Positions 20,816 to 24,202 of a stretch of 24,202 bases of DNA are shown here, one piece after another. The notes under the pieces were generated by a model. The model did not search any database, was not told the origin of the DNA, and worked only from the letters and a program-made list of their open reading frames with translations. The stretch lies in IMG/VR virus record IMGVR_UViG_3300030102_001057, positions 1-24,202 of that record; one strand, written 5' to 3'. A program made the translations under genes and the position numbers. This stretch comes from a virus (taxonomy: Duplodnaviria > Caudoviricetes). The stretch's first letter is position 1. The number at the start of each line of letters is the position of its first letter.

Positions 20816-20861
20816 AACCAAACCACAACTTATCATATAACTACTTGTGGTTTGGTTTCAA
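20816..20861 (-). promoter_or_regulatory. Promoter of the Cas7-like gene overlapped by a 13-bp perfect inverted repeat (operator)
   Basis: Minus strand TTGAAA-N18-TATGAT with an upstream A-tract; arms AACCAAACCACAA (20816-20828) and TTGTGGTTTGGTT (20845-20857). Confidence 0.65.
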
Positions 20862-20879
20862 GTCTTTTTTTTTATTTTT

Positions 20880-21122
20880 TTATTTTACCACCTCCCATAT
20901 GCTTTCATTCCCTGCGTCCTTACCCGTATCTCGGATCTTCCCAGAGCTTTTCAATTGAGACAATGTCGTGCGGACAATCGTCAGCTTCACCCCTGATCTA
21001 TCAGCGATTTGTTTTGCGGTTCCGATATCTCGATCTAGTTCCGCCAGGATTTGTTCCTTGCGCGTAAGCTTTGCGCCCGACCGCTGTTTGGTTTTAATTC
21101 TTTGCCACAGTTTTTTGAACAT
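20880..21122 (-). CDS. Winged-helix HTH protein
   Basis: QIL..L....TAKQIADRSGVKLTIVRTTLSQLK..GKI...G....W wHTH pattern. Confidence 0.7.
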   Translation of the reverse strand: MFKKLWQRIKTKQRSGAKLTRKEQILAELDRDIGTAKQIADRSGVKLTIVRTTLSQLKSSGKIRDTGKDAGNESIWEVVK

Positions 21123-21249
21123 TTCTTATTCTCCATTCGTAAAATATTTCATTTATTACAGCCCGATACTCCTCTTGATCATCGAACTGATCGATTGCCA
21201 GTGACCCTACTATATCACACAGCAAGGCTAAATCTTCTTCTTTACTCAT
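21094..21249 (-). CDS. Hypothetical protein (51 aa)
   Basis: Start at ATG 21249 by TGATG coupling to the upstream gene. Confidence 0.55.
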   Translation of the reverse strand: MSKEEDLALLCDIVGSLAIDQFDDQEEYRAVINEIFYEWRIRNVQKTVAKN

Positions 21250-21461
21250 CAGCCCCAGTCCTTCCTGTCTTCCTCGTTGCGCCACCCTTCCATGTACGCT
21301 TCGATCTCACTCTCAGTCATGTCCTCTTCAGGCACGACATTCCTACCAACAGTATCCAACCAGATATGCGGTTCAGGATACCTCCCATAATATCGATCCG
21401 CCGAACCTCGATCCGCAGCTCGCTCTTCACGATCCATCATCCATGACTTTACTCTACCCAT
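21249..21461 (-). CDS. Hypothetical phage protein (70 aa)
   Basis: GGAGGAG RBS; DRGSAD.YYGR...PH...MT..EI.AY..G pattern recurrent in small phage proteins. Confidence 0.7.
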   Translation of the reverse strand: MGRVKSWMMDREERAADRGSADRYYGRYPEPHIWLDTVGRNVVPEEDMTESEIEAYMEGWRNEEDRKDWG

Positions 21462-21699
21462 TATCTCCTCCCTTCAAACAATCTATAAATCCCTCTGATC
21501 TGAGGTCGTCCATGTAAGGAATTTTAAATCCCTCTTCATTGGGGTTGTCTATGTATGCGTTGTCTTCATCAAACAATACGCTTTTTTTAAGAGTAAGAGG
21601 TTGCCCTTTACTGTTAGTAAAAATTTTATCATTACTTAAATCCTGAAAACAAAATTCTTCTGAATTTAAATCCACTCTTAAAACACCTTTATATTCCAT
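21454..21699 (-). CDS. Hypothetical protein (AT-rich)
   Basis: GGAGGA RBS 6 nt before ATG 21699. Confidence 0.6.
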   Translation of the reverse strand: MEYKGVLRVDLNSEEFCFQDLSNDKIFTNSKGQPLTLKKSVLFDEDNAYIDNPNEEGFKIPYMDDLRSEGFIDCLKGGDNG

Positions 21700-21767
21700 T
21701 ACCAATCCTCCTTGAATACTTTGCGGAATATCTCATCCAACATGTCTTCCATCTCACGGTCTGTCAT
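21699..21767 (-). CDS. 22-aa micro-protein MTDREMEDMLDEIFRKVFKEDW
   Basis: GGAGGT RBS; TAATG coupling to the next gene; amphipathic helix pattern. Confidence 0.5.
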   Translation of the reverse strand: MTDREMEDMLDEIFRKVFKEDW

Positions 21768-22866
21768 CTCTCACCTCCATGTAACTTTCGATTAATCCTT
21801 GCGCGACTTGCGCTGTGATGGCGTTGCCGTAGGCGCGGAGTCGTCCCACTCTGGCGGTAGCCCCATCAACCAACGGGAATGACTGGGGTCTAACTGGCCT
21901 CCACTTTCCATCTCGGCAGAGGAGCCAGTCAGCATCTGACCAGAAACCGTTAGTCTCATAGGCTCTGGCTTGGGCATCATTTCCCCCTTCGCCTCCATTA
22001 CAGCTTCGATCATCTCGGGTGATACTTGCTCCCTCAGATTGCACGGAAACGATCTGTTCTTTCGCGTCGTCTGATGCATCCTGATCATTGCCTCTCGGCT
22101 CCGTAACGGTAGACTGTCCATCGTGTTGGGCGTTGCCCACCCTGCCATCTTCGACAACTGGGTCAGACTGCTCCCCGACATTCCGTCCGTGATCCCCGAT
22201 CCCCCTCGCGTTCCGTCCGTCGCCGATGGTGTCGTCCACCCTGTCAGTTGCGCTGTCACATCCAACGTGTCTGTGCTGATCTTGCCGTTCCGTATCCGAC
22301 CGCCTTGATATCCACCCTTGCCGTCGCGTGTCGTCGGTGTCGGCCACGAACCAAAGTCTTTGCCTGATGTGCGGCGCACCGAAGCCCGCAGAGCAGAGAT
22401 CAAAAGCCCCGATGGCGTAGTCCGCTCCTTCCATGTCAGCTTGTACAAGGTCGATCCAACCGAGTCCGTCTTTCGACGCAACCTGTTCGCCAAAGACCGT
22501 TGAAGGTCGGCACTGTTCGATGAGGTGGAACCAGTGAGGCCAGAGGTGCCGCTTGTCAGCCATCCCCTTTCTGTTACCTGCGCCGCTGAAAGGTTGGCAC
22601 GGACATGATCCTGTCCAGACTGGTCGGTCGTCCTCCCACCCTGCGGCTCGGAGTGCGTAACTCCAGACGCCGATCCCTGCGAAGAAGTGACATTGAGTAA
22701 ATTCTTGAAGTTCATCTGGTCGGACATCTGATATGCTCCTTTCGTCCACTATCCCATCTGCAATATGCCCAGACCGAATTAACGATCTGAGCCACTCTGC
22801 GGCGTATGGGTCTATCTCATTATAGTAAGCCCACTTCTGTCCGCCTATAGATTTGTGCGTCACCAT
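21754..22866 (-). CDS. C5-cytosine DNA methyltransferase, large (alpha-type) chain
   Basis: Motif I FFAGIG, IV GSCPCQPFS, VI EQV, VIII GAPHIRQRLWFVA and X RLRAYGNAI. Motif IX is absent from this frame. Confidence 0.88.
   Translation of the reverse strand: MVTHKSIGGQKWAYYNEIDPYAAEWLRSLIRSGHIADGIVDERSISDVRPDELQEFTQCHFFAGIGVWSYALRAAGWEDDRPVWTGSCPCQPFSGAGNRKGMADKRHLWPHWFHLIEQCRPSTVFGEQVASKDGLGWIDLVQADMEGADYAIGAFDLCSAGFGAPHIRQRLWFVADTDDTRRQGWISRRSDTERQDQHRHVGCDSATDRVDDTIGDGRNARGIGDHGRNVGEQSDPVVEDGRVGNAQHDGQSTVTEPRGNDQDASDDAKEQIVSVQSEGASITRDDRSCNGGEGGNDAQARAYETNGFWSDADWLLCRDGKWRPVRPQSFPLVDGATARVGRLRAYGNAITAQVAQGLIESYMEVRDDRP
21792..22727 (-). CDS. Nested alternate-frame MTase chain (beta-type) with WxTP repeats and motif IX
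   Basis: Own RBS AGGAG 8 nt before ATG 22727; three W(P/T/A)TP...D repeats; GQLDPSHSRWLMGLPPEWD is motif IX-like. Confidence 0.78.
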   Translation of the reverse strand: MSDQMNFKNLLNVTSSQGSASGVTHSEPQGGRTTDQSGQDHVRANLSAAQVTERGWLTSGTSGLTGSTSSNSADLQRSLANRLRRKTDSVGSTLYKLTWKERTTPSGLLISALRASVRRTSGKDFGSWPTPTTRDGKGGYQGGRIRNGKISTDTLDVTAQLTGWTTPSATDGTRGGSGITDGMSGSSLTQLSKMAGWATPNTMDSLPLRSREAMIRMHQTTRKNRSFPCNLREQVSPEMIEAVMEAKGEMMPKPEPMRLTVSGQMLTGSSAEMESGGQLDPSHSRWLMGLPPEWDDSAPTATPSQRKSRKD

Positions 22867-23060
22867 GGTTGCACCATCATTTTCAGAACACGAGCATCCG
22901 TAAGTCTCCGCTTGTATTGCTCTGCGGTCGGGTGCTCATGAACCAAATCCTCAAGGTGCTCAACCATGTGATCCATCGCCACCTGAAGCACGTTCTTTTC
23001 GCCTTCGCTTAAAGTCCAAGCTTCGTCACTAATGATGTGAATTGTTTTCGTCTCACTCAT
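22860..23060 (-). CDS. Hypothetical protein (66 aa)
   Basis: Start moved to ATG 23060 (GAGGAGG RBS). Confidence 0.6.
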   Translation of the reverse strand: MSETKTIHIISDEAWTLSEGEKNVLQVAMDHMVEHLEDLVHEHPTAEQYKRRLTDARVLKMMVQPW

Positions 23061-23520
23061 ATCGATCCTCCTCAACTGGTCGCCAACAATTGTCCTCGCC
23101 TTCAAAAAACTGACCTTCGAACATCGAACCTTCGTCCTCATAGTCAGCCTGAATTTCCATGCCCATCTCGTGAAGCTTTTTCCAAACTGGAATGGGTGGT
23201 GCCCATGCCGTCCAACAACGAAACGTAAAATACTTCGTAGGCACAGGATAATGATCACCGTCTTGCGGTTCTTCAATAATCTCCGCCTGACATATGTCCC
23301 ACTTCGTCATCCAGTTTTCATTGCGCCAATCGTACCAGTTCGGACGACCTTGCGCCTCGCACATCTTGCGCTCTTCTTCTCCCAACGCACCATGGAACAT
23401 GTTACTCGGTTCTGGGATCACGGCATTCAAAAACTTTTCTTCCTTGACCGCCTCGTACAGACGGTCAATTTCTTTTGGGTCTCCTGCAAGGTAGACACTC
23501 TGATAACAATGATTAGGCAT
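23053..23520 (-). CDS. DUF1281/YubB ferredoxin-like family protein
   Basis: MPNHC..., WYDWRNENW.TKWD and F.CWTAWAPP signature. Confidence 0.8.
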   Translation of the reverse strand: MPNHCYQSVYLAGDPKEIDRLYEAVKEEKFLNAVIPEPSNMFHGALGEEERKMCEAQGRPNWYDWRNENWMTKWDICQAEIIEEPQDGDHYPVPTKYFTFRCWTAWAPPIPVWKKLHEMGMEIQADYEDEGSMFEGQFFEGEDNCWRPVEEDRYE

Positions 23521-23687
23521 TAGCCCACCTCCTTTATGTTCTGGATCATTGATGATGTGATTGTAAAAAGTTCACCGCAAATTCCGTTGTACTCATCGAC
23601 TAAATTATCAACGAACTCCTCAACGGTTTCCGCTTCGCGAACTGGGTTTGTGCAACCCAGTTCAATTGTGCATTCGAAAGTCTTCAT
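23520..23687 (-). CDS. Hypothetical protein (55 aa, not in the ORF track)
   Basis: MKTFECTIELGCTNPVREA...; ATGA coupling at the start and TAATG coupling at the end. Confidence 0.65.
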   Translation of the reverse strand: MKTFECTIELGCTNPVREAETVEEFVDNLVDEYNGICGELFTITSSMIQNIKEVG

Positions 23688-24178
23688 CCTAAAGTCTCCC
23701 GAAAGATTGTGAGTGCCTCGTCTTCAGGCAAGTCATTCAAGATTATCGCTTCAGGCCAATTTCGTATGATGGTCTCCGAAGTAATTCTCAAGTCATAATC
23801 ATAAAGACATAGCTTGCCGTCCTTATCTTTACGCTTGACGACCTTTGCTTTCTTTAAAGCTTTCTTCAGATCCTTGCGGTATAGATAAGTGCACACCTGA
23901 TCATGGCACCATTGCTCAAAAGTCTGTTCGATACCTTCAGGAAAATATTCACACGGATCTGTGTTCGGTAATGATTTGAAATACTCATCAACCTTTTTCA
24001 TGGTCGCACGATAGTCGCCCTTGAATTTATTGTGTGAGTAATCACGGTCACAGCCACCATGACCATCGTTGCTCACCATGGCAAAAGGCTTGCCATCCAG
24101 ATAGACATTTGCCTGATAGCAATATGTCTCTTCACTTGCCCACTCTGAGAACTTGATAGCTTTCATTTCCAAATTCAT
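23684..24178 (-). CDS. Hypothetical phage protein (164 aa)
   Basis: AAAGGAAAG RBS; SEET.C..A.VY.DGK......NDG.GG motif. Confidence 0.75.
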   Translation of the reverse strand: MNLEMKAIKFSEWASEETYCYQANVYLDGKPFAMVSNDGHGGCDRDYSHNKFKGDYRATMKKVDEYFKSLPNTDPCEYFPEGIEQTFEQWCHDQVCTYLYRKDLKKALKKAKVVKRKDKDGKLCLYDYDLRITSETIIRNWPEAIILNDLPEDEALTIFRETLG

Positions 24179-24202
24179 AATCTTTCCTTTCTATATGTAT
24201 TA

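Noticed and set aside
23061-23276. N-terminal extension of ORF 22860-23276
   Set aside because: It lies inside the DUF1281-like gene; a strong RBS supports ATG 23060.

Overview
A 24-kb segment of a tailed dsDNA phage genome, with a gene style typical of marine podovirus-like phages (taxonomy is inference). From left to right: (1) the end of a + strand virion module, with three probable internal/ejection proteins (1-7349); (2) a - strand replication operon (conserved protein, SSB-like protein, AEP-type primase, AlpA-like HTH, UvrD-like helicase, PAPS-reductase-like, Mom/XF1762-like, DUF6378-like, PolA with Leu762); (3) a divergent + strand SNF2 helicase; (4) a - strand accessory region with small ORFs and a two-frame split C5 DNA methyltransferase. 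The standout is 18811-20861: a Cas7/RAMP-like gene followed by a ~600-nt non-coding array. The array is built of 5-nt modules (a variable dinucleotide plus a conserved G-N-Y triplet, mostly GGY/GTY) grouped into nine units separated by GGTC. Reading only the variable dinucleotides and skipping every third target base, several units decode to conserved motifs of mobile-element proteins: tyrosine integrase, HNH nuclease, ParB-like DG[HQ][HQ]R, HGGxSTG domain and XRE repressor. This suggests a phage-encoded RNA-guided system with a gapped, wobble-skipping targeting code aimed at competing prophages or satellites. It resembles what I recall being described as VIPR systems; that recollection needs checking. 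All family calls are from motif recognition by eye; no searches were run.
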